A DNA stretch of 62,732 nucleotides, filler included, from Fonticula-like sp. SCN 57-25 (lineage: Eukaryota): assembly GCA_001724245.1 (NCBI GenBank). It is 6 parts of 6 records of this genome, joined end to end, with 100 filler letters (N's around TTAATTAATTAA, not from the genome) between each part and the next. Parts side by side here need not be neighbours in the genome. Positions count along the whole stretch, not along the records: positions 29,156 to 43,761 come from MEDX01000256.1; positions 43,862 to 53,259 come from MEDX01000257.1; 4 more parts are not named here. One strand, written 5' to 3'. The notes below the pieces were generated by a model, which was not told the DNA's origin, searched no databases, and saw nothing but the letters and a program-made list of their open reading frames with translations. A program made the translations under genes and the position numbers. Below, piece by piece: positions 33,270 to 45,161 of the stretch (position 1 is its first letter; each line of letters begins with the position of its first letter).

Positions 33270-33583
33270 GGCACCGATCCAATGCAAACTGCAAACTGCA
33301 ATCGTATGCTCAGATCAAGATGGTGGGCTGGCTGACGTGAGCCGTAGGACCACAATACACGGTTGAAAGCGACTATAAAGTGGTGTGCGAGAGTAACTGG
33401 GAATGACAAGCGTCCCTTTCGTACAATGCTAATGGTAGTATGAATGGATATAATGGGTAATATATTGAACAGGATTAGTAGTAGGTTCACATGATGATGG
33501 CTCACGAGTATTCGAAAGTGATTAGAATAGTAATGCAAAATGAATAATAAAGAGGCGACGTGATAGAAAAAGTCACAGGTTGC

Positions 33584-36500
33584 TCACGGCGTCGGGGTCG
33601 ACGGCAAGCTCACGATAGACGAGCTAGACGAGTCGTGCCCAAGCTCCTTCTCGAGCTCTTCGACGCGCGCCTCCTCGTGCGCGAGCTGCTTCTGCAGCTG
33701 GGTCACCTTCTTCTGAGCCTCATTGGCCTGCAGCGCGATGCGGTCCTTGGCCTTTTGGTTCTCCTTGGGATTCGCATTGAGGCGCTCAAACATCTGCTGC
33801 GCGCCGCTGTACACCTGGTGACGCACGTGGGTCAGTTTCGCACATTCTTCAATGTCATCAGCGTACCTTTTGCTCCTTGGCCAGCTCGCGGTTGATCTCG
33901 TCGACGGTCTTGCGCGCCTGCATGAGCGACTCGCGCATCGAGTTCTTGGGCGCAGAGTTTGACGTCGGCAGCAGGTTGACGCGGCCGGGGCGGCGGAAAA
34001 CGTTGCCGAGGCGCTGCGCGCTCGACATGGTCGGCGCCTTTTCCGTGTCCTTGTTGAGCTCGGTAATCGAGGTGCTCGTGCTCGCCGCCGCGGCGTACTG
34101 GGCCTGCAAGCGCTCGACCTCGGCCAACCAGTTCATGCGGTCCGTCTCAGATAGCGCGTAAAGGACGCGGCGCTCCGGCGGGCGGTCGCCCTGCTGGAAG
34201 GTCACCACAAGCGGCATCAAAGGAATGTTGGCACCCTGCAACACAAATTCGTCAGTATATGCGAAAGATAGGCAGATAGATAGAGTGAAACTGAAAAATC
34301 GCAACGCAAAAGCACAAACAGCATTTAAATCTTTGACGTACATCGCGGTTGTATGTCTCGGCCGTGTCTGCCTTGAGGGCCGTGACTTCGACCAATGACG
34401 ACAGCGGGTACGCCCACTTGAACTCATAGTCAGTCGTGGCGACATTGTGGCGGTTGACAAGCTTGGCGCAGAAGAAGAGGTCGTTAAAGAGCACGACGCG
34501 GCGCTCCTTTGGCGACGCACTGACCATCTCGCAGAGCTCACCCTCCTTGACGACGAAGCGGTCCTGCCCGCGGACGAGCGGCTCCATGGAGCGCGGCAGC
34601 CCCGTGAGGCGCTGCGAAATGTCAATGACCGCCTGGAACTTTTCGACCTGTCCCTTCTTCTCGTTGATCGAGTCGGCGGCGGCCTTGATGACGATGACCG
34701 CGTGCTGGAGCTTGGCATAGTCCGGGTGGCGCGGCGACGTGCGCTTGAAGAGCTCCTGGAGCAGGAGCGAGTAGCGGACGACGCGCTGGATGGGCATGAT
34801 GAGCAGGTCGGGCAGCGCGAGGCTGCGGCGGCCCTGCTTCTCCTTAATGTCATTCATGAGCGCGCGGAACTGATCGCGCTGGCGGCACTCGTTGAGCGTC
34901 ACGAGCGCCTTGTTGTAGTTGTTGACGTATTCCGTGTAGCACGTGTCGAGCTGGCCGCCAAGCTTGATGAACGTGTCGCCAATCACCTGCCACGCCTGCC
35001 AGTTGTTGACGCGGTCCTCGAGCTCGACCAGCAGGCGCTTGTTAAAGTCGCGGATCTCAACAACGTGGTAAAAGAGCGTCTCAAACTGGTCCTTGGTCAG
35101 CACCGAGCCCACCTTGCGGCTGAACGTCTCGCGGTAGTTGTCGACGAGCACGTGCAGGTAGCCGACGTACGACTTTTCAGTGTCGTAGATCTCGCGCACA
35201 ATGTGGCGGCGGCGGACCGCGTTCTTGAGCAGTGCGCGCGCGGCAAAGCCCCTAAAGACCTTTTGGATGAGCACGACGGCGGCGCCCTCGTCCATCGGGG
35301 GGGCGCGCTGCGCGGGCGTCATCGAGATGCTAGAGTCGCTCGCGGTCGACATGATGCTGCTCTGGCTGCCCGAGCGGCCGCGGCGGCCGTCCAACTCCGC
35401 GGACAGGTTGTTCTGCGACGACACGGGGGTCGAGCGAAGGCGGTCGAGCATCTCGCGGGCGTGCACGCCGACGCGCTGCGTGTCGACCAGCTTGCCCTGC
35501 AGCTGGTACTTTTCCTGCTGCAGCTTGCCGGCCACCGAGCGCCACTCGTCCAGCTCCTCGTGCAGCTTGGACACGTCCGTCTGCAGCTGGTCGATGCGGC
35601 GCTCCTTGAGCTCCGACTCGCCGCGAAGGGTAGTCATCGCGCGCTCCTGGCGGCGCTGGTTCTCAATCACCTCGACGACGCGCTGCTCGACGAGGGCGAG
35701 CGAGGCCGCGTGCGGCTCAATCTCGGCGATCGACTGCTTGTAATAGTCGGCGAGCACGCGCAGGTCCGCAGACGCCTCGGCGGTCGTCACGGCCTGCTGC
35801 TTCTCGTCCACCTCGGCAAGGCGACGGCGGTAGAAAGCAAGGATGCCAGACAGGCCCGTGCAGGGCGAAACCTCCGAGAAGAAGCGGCGGAAGTCCTTGC
35901 CGAGCACAGTTTGGAGCTTGGCCGTCTCACCCTTGTCCGACAGCGCCTTGACAATCTCGTGGCGGCTGACCTCGAGGCGGCGGTTGGCCGTGCGCAGCAG
36001 CTCGGCCTCGGCGGCCCACTGCTTCTTCTCCTTCTCGTACTGATCCAGCGACACGACCTCGGTGGACGGCCAGCTCGTGGTGGTCCGCCCCTCGGCAAGC
36101 TCCTGCTCGAGCGACTCGCGCAAAGCGACCTCGGCCGCCAGCGACGCCCGCAGGCTCTCCACCTCACCGGCGTCGGCCGTGTTGAGGCTGTCCTGTGAGC
36201 CAACGCTGCCACGGAGCGTCTCCATCTGCGCGAGCAGATCGGCGCGCTCCGTCTCCCACAGCTGCTCGATGCGGTCGTCGGCAACGCGCGAGTACTGCTG
36301 CATGCTCTCCGATTCAAGCTCGGCAACGCGCATCGCCAGCTCGGTGCAGGTCGCCTTGAGCTTTTCATTCTCGCTCAAGAGTTCGCTGTCGGACTGCGCC
36401 GACGACACGGGGGCGCCGTCCTCGGACGCGGTCAGCTCGCGGATCCTTGACGACAGCGTCTCAATGGCCTCCTCTGACTCTTTGAGCGACGCCGACAGCG

Positions 36501-38070
36501 ACGAGTTTTCCTCGATCAGCTGCTCCAGGGCGTCGTTGCGCGCGTGCGTCGGCGAATCTTCCGCGCCAAACTTTTCCAGGCGGCCCAGCAGCACCTCGCA
36601 CGAGTGCTCCGCCTCCAGCCGCGATGCCTCTGCAATCTGCAGATCGGACGAGAGCGTCGAGCGCGCCGTCTCGAGCTGCTTGTTGGACTGCAGGAGCGCG
36701 CCGACAATAAGCCGCAGGCGGTCAATCTCGGACTTGCTGTCGGCGTACTTGTCGTCGCCAATCAGGTCGCGCGAGAACGGCGAGAGGGGCGTGGGGGGAA
36801 TGCTCGAGATCATACTGGGTGAAAGTCCGCTCGGGGTGGGCACGGTCACCGACAGCGCGGGCATCTCGGGCGTCTCGGCCGTCGTGATGATCGTGGGGAT
36901 TTCGGGGTGCAGCAACGGCGAATCCTTCATCGCCTGGTACACATTCTTGGCCGCATTCGCGAGCGCCTCAAGCATAGACTGCACGCTCTCCTTGTGTGTG
37001 GCAAAGTCCTTCACCGAAACGCCCTTCACCACCGTGAGGAACTCGCGCATGCTCTCGCGCAGCGCCTCCGCTGTGATGCTCAGATTACGCACAATGTTTG
37101 ACTCCGCCTCGAGGTCGGCCAGGCGCGACGACAGCGACAAAAGCGGCGTGATGGCAACCACGAGCTTCTTGGTGCCGCTAAAGAGCGTGTCGGCAGTGGG
37201 CTGCGCAACCGCCTCCAGCTTCTCCAGCAGCGTGCTGTACGACCCTTCAATTTCGTTGACGTCGACCAAGTCCGCAGCAGCCACGGCGGCTGGCGTCCCG
37301 GGCAGAGGCGAATCCTGTGCAACCTCAGTGCTCGCGCCGTTGCTCGACGGCTGCGCCGCCTGCTGGTCGGCAACAGAAACAACGAGAGGCGACGCGGGCA
37401 CACTCTGGGCCGCCACCTCGGACACTGGCGTCGGCGCCTGCGGCTCTGCAGAGACGGGCGTCTCGACCACCGGCAGGGCAGAGACGGGTGTGTCGGCCGC
37501 TGGCAAAGCCGAGACTGGTGTGTCGGCCGCCGGCAGAGCAGAGGCCGGCGACGCGGCGACCGGTGACTCGACGGACTGGATCTCGAGATGAGGCACGCTC
37601 GATGCTACCGACTCAGCCTGTTCGACAGGCGTAGCCGGGACCGACGCTGTAGTTGACGAAACCCCCTCTTGCTCGGTCTCGAGGGATTCGGGCTCTTGGC
37701 TGACCTCGGCCGCCAGAGTCTCTGCTTGCGGGGTGTCGGGCGCCGGGGTGGCTGGCGTGACAGCCACGGCGGGACTCTGCGTCTGCTCCTCGGCCTCAGA
37801 GTCCGAATCTGAAAGCACGGTTAAAAGCCCACTTTAAACCACTTGAACAAAAGGCCGTACCATCTGAATGCTTGTTTGCGGCCTGGTTGGACTGCGCATT
37901 GTGGGCCTGGTTCCCCGGATTGCCCCCGCCGCGGCCACGGCGATTGCGATTCCGCTTGCCGGCCTTCCACCTCGTCAGCATCACGCGCGCAAAAACACAG
38001 CAAGACAACACTTCCCCTTTTACACGCAAATATTCGCTCCCCCTCCTTCCCCGTGCGCAACGCGTACCAT
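33584..38070 (-). CDS. Large Dbl-family RhoGEF (coiled coil, IQ, DH-PH, C-terminal HR1-like)
   Basis: IQKVFRGFAAR, EIYDTEKSYVGYL, LLIMPIQRVVRYSLLLQEL...HPDY and the PH motif ERRVVLFNDLF. Confidence 0.9.
37448..37537. repeat. 30-bp coding tandem repeat (SALPAADTPV-like, x3) in the RhoGEF N-terminus
   Basis: Three imperfect 30-nt units. Confidence 0.85.
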
Positions 38071-38702
38071 TTCTCACTATCTCTTGCCAAAAAGGCTCTC
38101 CCGCGTAATTAGACAATCCTAAGTTTGACCTCGCCGACCCTGAAGCCGACAACGCGTCAGCCCTTTGTGCCCACCACGCAACCCAAGCTCAACATACCTA
38201 CTATAGCTCGCTGGTCTTTGCTCGACTGGCCGCTTTGCTTCACAGGAGACCAGTTGCTGCCCGGCTGAAGCACGCTTCTTTCCTCCTTGCCCAAGTCGCA
38301 ATGCAACAGGCAGGCACAAAAAACATTCCAATCAAAGCAAGACACAAGGATGTCACAGCCTTGTGGAACAGTTGTGGGCAATCGGTAGTGATCGAACACG
38401 GTTGATTGACCAATTCCACGTTGTGTGGCATATGATAAATATTATGGACAGTGGCATACAAAAGTACCAGAATGGTATGATATGTGACATGAGAGTGCTT
38501 GTAGCCGCTTTTTTGTGCTGCACTTTGCTTTGCGCTGGACAATTAATGTGTACATGGACATTGACATGACAATCATCAAACATGAAACCCTATCAAAGTG
38601 TGCCCAAATCAAAAGGAGGGAAATAAAATCGCTAGCGAAAAGATTACCAAATGAGCACGACAAAAACGAGTCGCGCCAAATGCCAAACATGAATGCACCC
38701 CA

Positions 38703-40515
38703 CTACTCATCCGCGGCGCTCGAGCTCGGGAACACCGTGTCGACGACGGCCGACCCGTTTGCAGCGGCGGCCTCTGCCGTCGGCGGCTGCGCGGGCGCCG
38801 GTGGCGAAACGTCGCCCGCCGTCTTCACCGGGTTTGACACGAGCGGGCTTGCGTGCCGCGACCTCTTCCTGTCGGCGTCCTCGCTCTTCAACGCCATGTC
38901 GTCCAGCGAGCGCACGCGCTTCTCCTGCCCCGGCGGCGCCGTCATGGTGCCCGCCGCGATGGCCGCCGAGTACCCGAACGCGTCCCTCGACGGAGACGTC
39001 GGCACCGAAAGCGACCCGCTCGCAAAGCGGCCGTATGCCTCGGCCGGCAGCGGCTGCGGCTGGATCGGCTGCTGTGTGATGACCGACAGGCCCGTCGCGC
39101 TCGACGACGACGAAGGGCCTCCGAGCGGTGACGACGGGACGGCCGGCGCACCCGCGAGCGGGCGGATCGAGCGCTGTCGCCGGCGGTAAACGCCGTCGCT
39201 AAACATGTGCTCGTGCTGGCTGTCGATCGTCCAAAAGGCGCCCTTTCCGGGCTCGTTCTCATTGCGCGGCACCTTGACAAAGGCCTTATTCAGGCTGAGG
39301 TTGTGCCGGATAGAGTTTTGCCAGCCGTTCTGCGCCACGCGGTAGTACGGGTAGTTGTCCATGATGAACGAGTAGATGCCGGCAAGCGTGAGGCGCTTGT
39401 GCGGCGTATTGTTGATGGCCTGCGCGATGAGCGACGCGTACGAGAACGGCGGCTTGGCTTCGGCCGACACGCGGTAGTCCGGCAGGTCGTCGCCGCCCAC
39501 TAGAAAGCAGTGTCAGCATGCGAGCAGAGACACAAAGGTGAGCGGCGTACTGTCAAAGGTGGGCGACGCCGGCCGCGAGGTGACGGGCGTGTTGGGCAGC
39601 GTGGCGAGCGGCGACGTCGGCTGGCTCAGCGAGCTCCGCTTCGGTGTCGTCGGCATTCCCCTACTCGTCGCGCCGTGGTGCTGCATCAGCATCTGCTGAA
39701 GGTGCTGCTGCTCGTCCGTCATGCGCAGGTCAACAACGCCATTGGTGCTACTGAGCGGAAGCAGAAAGTAAAAGTATTGCTCGCCAATCTGCACCATTGT
39801 TCTGCAAGCATATATAGTGAGCAAAAAGAAAGCTTAACTGGGCAGGTCGTACTTGGTCTCCAGCGGGACGGGAGGCGCGTCCTTTGCGACAAACTGCCCG
39901 TCGACATAAACGCCGTTCTTGCCCTGCACCGTCAGCTCAAACATGCGCGTGACAAAGTTGTACTCGATCCGAGCATGCTTTCTCGAAATGATCTTGTGTG
40001 GCCCAAGCCCCACGTCAACCTACACAAACGAGCACGGTTAGCACATGAACAGCACCTACGGCGGCATTGATCGCACATCATCGCGGGGATGGCTCTTTCG
40101 CCCAATCGTCACGGCAAGCGAGCGAATATAATAGGTGAAGTTCTCGCCCTCAAGCTTGGCGTAGGCTTCCGGCTGCTTGCCACCCTAATAAGAAACAGCG
40201 TTGGTCAGCGCGAAATGCAAGCCATCTGACACGTACGGGTGTGCCCCCGCGCGATGCAAAACCCTGCGGCGAGAACGGAGACCCAAAGTCGTTCTGCGGC
40301 GGTGGCGTTGACGGCCGCGAGTGAACAATGGTGAGAAGCGCGTCGGCCGCAAATTCCTCCTCGGCCCCAAGGTTCGCTGCGCCCGGCGCTCCGGCACCTA
40401 TACCGCGCCAAGTCAGAATCATCGGACGCGTGTCAGAATGTCAACACGAAATTAGGGGGCACGAGCAAACCGTACCGGCATCGAGCGACTTGTGGTGCCC
40501 GTTCATGTCATCCAT
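38703..40515 (-). CDS. FOXK: FHA plus forkhead transcription factor (Fkh1/2-FOXK type)
   Basis: FHA domain (AYAKLEG...IGR...ISRKHARI...GKNG) and forkhead domain ([10 protein letters not shown]...[12 protein letters not shown]...GKGAFW). Confidence 0.93.
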
Positions 40516-40783
40516 GCTCTATAAATCAGCGGTCCCTAATACGAGGCCCGCAATATACTCGTCGCCCCCCTTTTAAAATGCAGCCGCCGATTTCGCGCAA
40601 CGTGCTCCACCGCTGCCAAACACAAACACACGGGATAGGATTGCCCTCGTGTTGTTGTTGTTGAAAAAAATTACAGGGATGACGGTAATTCCGGAATCGT
40701 GACGGTAATCTTGTGCACAGCCTTGTGCACAGGAAGATCCTCGTTTCCGCGTGAGCTCTCGATCAGTGCCTGCACGCGACGCA

Positions 40784-42304
40784 ATGCTGGACATTAACCT
40801 CTTCCGTGTGGAGAAGGGCGGCAACCCCGACCTCGTTCGCGAGTCGCAGCGCCGCCGTGGAAAGGACCCCAAGACGGTCGACGAGATCATCGAGCTCGAC
40901 AAGGAGTGGGTCGCTGGTACGCCGCAATCACCGCCAATGAAGAAAGGCTCACGTGCTGGCAGCGCGCTTCAACGTTGACGAGCTCAACAAGCAGATCAAC
41001 CAGGTGCAGAAGAAGATTGGCGAGAAGAAGAAGGTACTGGCGCGTTGATGCTCTGGCCATCGTGTTGACCCGTTTTCAGGCCAAGCTCGAGTGCGATGAC
41101 CTGCTCGCCGAGAAGGTGGCTCTTGAGACCAAGCGCAAGGGCCTCGAGGCCGACCTTGACGAGAAGCAGTCCGTGCTCCGCAAGAAGCTCATTGCCATTG
41201 GCAACCTTGTCCACGACTCGGTTATTGTGAGCAACGACGAGGCGAACAACAAGATTGAGCGCTTCTGGCCCGAGGAGCACATTGAGGGGACGCAGGATGC
41301 CACCAAGTTCCACCACTTTGAAGTGCTCCAGATGATTGACGGCTTTGACACTGAGCGCGGCCAGAACATTGCCGGCCACCGCGGCTACTTTTTGAAGAAC
41401 TATGGTGTCCTGCTGAACCAGGCGCTCATCAACTATGGCCTTGCCTTTACGCGCAAGCGCAAGTACAACCTTCTTCAGACGCCCTTCTTCATGCGCAAGG
41501 AGATCATGGCCGAGACCGCCCAGCTCGAGCAGTTTGACGAGGAGCTGTACAAGGTTGTCGCCGGCGACGGCAACGACAAGTACCTGATCGCGACCTCTGA
41601 GCAGCCGATCTCTGCGTTCCACCGCGGCGAGTGGCTCGAGCCCAAGGACCTCCCGATCCGCTACGCCGGCTCGTCCACGTGCTTCCGCAAGGAGGCCGGC
41701 GCGCACGGCAAGGACACGCTCGGTATTTTCCGCGTCCACCAGTTTGAAAAGATTGAGCAGTTTGTCTTTTCCAAGCCCGAGGAGTCGTGGGAGATGTTTG
41801 CCGAGATGGTCAGCACGGCCGAGGAGTTTTACCAGTCGCTCAAGATCCCGTACCGCGTCGTCAACATCGTCTCGGGCGCCCTCAACAATGCCGCCGCCAA
41901 AAAGTTTGATGTCGAGGCCTGGTTCCCGGGCTTTGGCGCCTACCGCGAGCTCGTCTCGGCCTCCAACTGCCTCGACTACCAGGCCAGGCGGCTCGAGATC
42001 CGCTACGGCCAGAAGAAGATGGGCGACAAGGACAAGAAGTACGTCCACTGCCTTAACGCCACGCTCTGCGCCACCGAGCGCGCCCTCTGCTGCGTCCTCG
42101 AAAACTACCAGGAGGCTGATGTGCGCACAATATTCATTTCAAGTGCTGTGAATGCTCACTTTTTTCGCTTTTTTGTAGGGTGTCCGCGTGCCCGAGGTGC
42201 TCATTCCGTTCATGGGCGGCATCGACTTTATCCCGTACGCCTTCAAGCTCCCCAAGAAGCGCGACTGGAAGTCGGACCCGGCCCCGGCCAACGCCTCGGC
42301 CTAG
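40784..42304 (+). CDS. SARS1: Cytosolic seryl-tRNA synthetase
   Basis: [26 protein letters not shown]...[11 protein letters not shown] and ELVSASNC. Confidence 0.97.
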
Positions 42305-42423
42305 GCTGGAGATCAAAAATGATTCAATGTTTACTTGCAATAAATAGTTTCGCCGGTAACAAAGAGCCATATATCGGGCATATTTAAAATTTATTGAATT
42401 GCGCAATGTCTATGATGAATGCT

Positions 42424-43133
42424 TTACTGGCGCATGTCGGCGGGGGTGTCGGGCTGAGTGTGTGCGTGCGCCGCCACAAACGCCGGCATCTCGTTGAGCT
42501 CCTTGTACAGCCTGTCAATTGTGGGGAAGCTAGCCATGTCGACACCCCAGCGGTACGCGTTGTACACCTGCGGGACGAGGCACACGTCGGCGAGCGTGAC
42601 GCTGTCGCCGTAGCAGAAGCGGCCGGCCGTGCGCGCCAGCACCGTCTCGAGGCCCTCAAAGTTGACCGTGATCCAGTGCTTGGCCCACTCGGCCTTCTTC
42701 TCGCCGACGTACACCAGCACGCGCTGGTTCGAGACGGGCTGCGTGTCGCACGCGATCATGTTACAGATCGAGCGCACCTCGGCGCGCTCAAAGGCGCCCT
42801 TGGGCAGAAGCGGCACAGACGAGTAAGCCTCCTCGAGGTACTCGAGAATAGACATGGACTGCGTCAGCGTGTGGCCGTCAATGAGGAGCGTCGGGAGAAG
42901 GCGGCCGGGGTTCAGCTTGACATACTCCTCGCTTTTCTAGAATCGGGGAGTCAACATCGGGCGAGCATCAAGATGATCGCGCGAACCTGCTCGCCGCCGC
43001 CGGGAGCGATGAGATTCACCGCGCGGTACTCATAGGGCATGTTCTTGAGCGCAAGCGCAATGCGCACGCGCCATGAGCATGAGCTGCGAAAGTACGAGTA
43101 GAGAACGATGGGAGATGCCGCCGCGTCCGCCAT
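42424..43133 (-). CDS. GSTZ1: Glutathione transferase zeta / maleylacetoacetate isomerase
   Basis: [30 protein letters not shown] and AHAHTQPD. Confidence 0.95.
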
Positions 43134-43300
43134 GGTGTTTCAGGTTTGTGGCCACGTGGATGAAGATGTAGAGCTCTCGGTGACCCGTGGTGTAAAGTTG
43201 TATGTGGTAGGAGTGTAATTCATTGATCATTGAGTAATACATGTACAAAATTTTAATGTTTTTCTACTAAATTAATCGTGGCTAAAACCTCACTTTACCT

Positions 43301-43761
43301 CTACGATTGCATCTCTTCGAAGTACGGTCTTAGTGCCTCGTTCAGCTCCTCCGACGCGATCGCCTCTGCCCCGTCGTCGACGATCACGCACGGCGTACGC
43401 AAGTGCGCAAACGTGAGCCTGACTCTAAGCTCAACCTCTGCGCGCGTGCTGCACCGCCGCGTCTCCCCCGACGCCGCCAGCGACGCTGTCGAGCTTGACG
43501 CTGCGAGCGAGTCGGTCGAAGCCGCCGCCGAGGGCAATTGGTCCATCGACTCTGCGGCCTGCAGTAGAAGCGAGTCTGTCGACGCCCTTACCATGGACCG
43601 CTCGGCGGACGGCAACGTCGGCGACGAGATCGAATGGAGCAGATCGTCGCGGTTTTTAAGCGTGTCAAGCGGCGAGAGCACCTCGCGCAACAGCGACGGC
43701 TCTCGCATGGGCGTCGCCGTGCCGCTCCTCGGTGGCGTCGATGGTAGGCTCCCAGGCGGCG
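43301..43761 (-). CDS. C-terminal fragment of an unidentified protein (5'-truncated)
   Basis: The frame is open from the gap to TAG with host-like codon usage. Confidence 0.55.
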
Positions 43762-43861
43762 NNNNNNNNNNNNNNNNNNNNNNNNNNNNNNNNNNNNNNN
43801 NNNNNTTAATTAATTAANNNNNNNNNNNNNNNNNNNNNNNNNNNNNNNNNNNNNNNNNNNN
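43762..43861. other. Artificial contig linker
   Basis: N44-TTAATTAATTAA-N44. Confidence 0.99.
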
Positions 43862-43937
43862 GATGTTCATGTGATATTTGGTCATGTGATGTGTGGTCAT
43901 GTGATGTGTGGTCATGTGACTAACAATGTTTGAATAG

Positions 43938-44663
43938 GCGAGGTGGGGTGGGCTGTGCAATTGCAGGCAGCCTGGTGGGTGCATTCCGCCGACGACGAGC
44001 CCTGGGTATCAGTACGAGGACCTCGACAAGCAGGTATGAAGAAAGTTATGATGGTGATGATAGTAGTGATGATGATATGCGTGATGATACTAGTTATGAT
44101 ATTTTGATGATAATTGTCATGAATGTGATGATAGTCGTCATGATTGTGATGATGGTGGTGATGAAGTTGTCATGATATTTCAATGATGTTTGTTATCATA
44201 TCTGTGATGATATTCACAATGATGTGTGCCAATGTTTGCTGTTTGCTGCTGCTAAACATCTATTTCGAATAGGGATTCTGGCTAAGGACGTGCGCTGCTT
44301 CCGACAGCCACGATGTCCCCATTGCCGTCACGCAGTTTGAGATGGACCGCCAGCGCAAGCCCATGCACCAAAAAGACCCACGTGGCGTGTACGTCATTAA
44401 TCTCTTTTCCTCTTTGCTGACACACCATTAGTGTTCTCAAATGGGAATATGACGCCTCTGATGAGCTTGAAGTGCAGCTTTTCCTCTACGACGGCTTCAA
44501 CATCAACTATGCGCGCACGCAGACGCCCAAGGTGCTCTCGCCGCCCAATAGCGCGCTTGCTGACAGGGGCGAGCACGTGGTCAGCACGCCGGGGACGTAT
44601 GTGCTGCGGTTCACCAATCAGAGCGCGTCGGCAACGTCGTTCAGATACAGGCTCTTTGAGTGA
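43938..44663 (+). CDS. Sec14/CRAL-TRIO plus GOLD protein, C-terminal exons (5'-truncated)
   Basis: RWGGLCNCRQPGGC resembles the end of CRAL-TRIO and is followed by GOLD-like VLKWEY...PGTYVLRFTN. Confidence 0.7.
44034..44272. repeat. Degenerate (GAT)n low-complexity intron
   Basis: GATGAT-rich tract between the GTATGA donor and TAG acceptor. A 15-bp GTCATGTGATGTGTG repeat also lies at about 43881-43920. Confidence 0.8.
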
Positions 44664-45161
44664 TGTAAATGTAAAAGAAGAATGATAGACGGCCTTGTTT
44701 GGCGTGCTTGTTTGTGTTGTTTGTGGTCTTTTTATCTTCTTTATAGTCTCTTTTTGATTACCTCTCACCTTACAAGTACATGTATAATACAGATATATAC
44801 ACAGAACACCATGAAGGCACATCAACAGACATACTAACAATATACATACAGTCAACAACAATATCAACCAATATACTTTCAGTTTTCGAAACAGACTTCT
44901 TTGGTAATGTAAAAATGTGAGGGTGCAATGTCCAAAGACACAGCGCCCTTTGCAGGTTGAGAAACCTGCTGAACCAACAACGTCTTAAAAGGGATTTCCT
45001 GTCGGTCAGCAGCCAAACAAACACGAGCGCGGCAAGCAAAAAACTAAACTAAAAACAAGACAAAAAACGCCGTCAAAGAGTACCTTGCCGTACCTTTGCG
45101 GCCACACCGCTCGACCCCTTCCCTTTCGGTCCGGAATCTCGCGCTGGACCGCGGCCGGCCC

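Noticed and set aside
34447-37591. Long antisense ORFs (583 and 509 aa here; also 45096-46799, 25310-26626, 56368-57612 and 40996-42048)
   Set aside because: They are shadows of GC-rich genes on the opposite strand and contain no recognisable domains.
29156-43761. Contig 4 is about 5 kb longer than its neighbours, suggesting an insertion
   Set aside because: All its genes share the host intron style and composition, and I saw no terminal repeats, target-site duplication or transposase.
44034-44272. Many RTGATGA box C-like motifs suggesting C/D snoRNAs
   Set aside because: They belong to a (GAT)n low-complexity tract with no CTGA box D partner.
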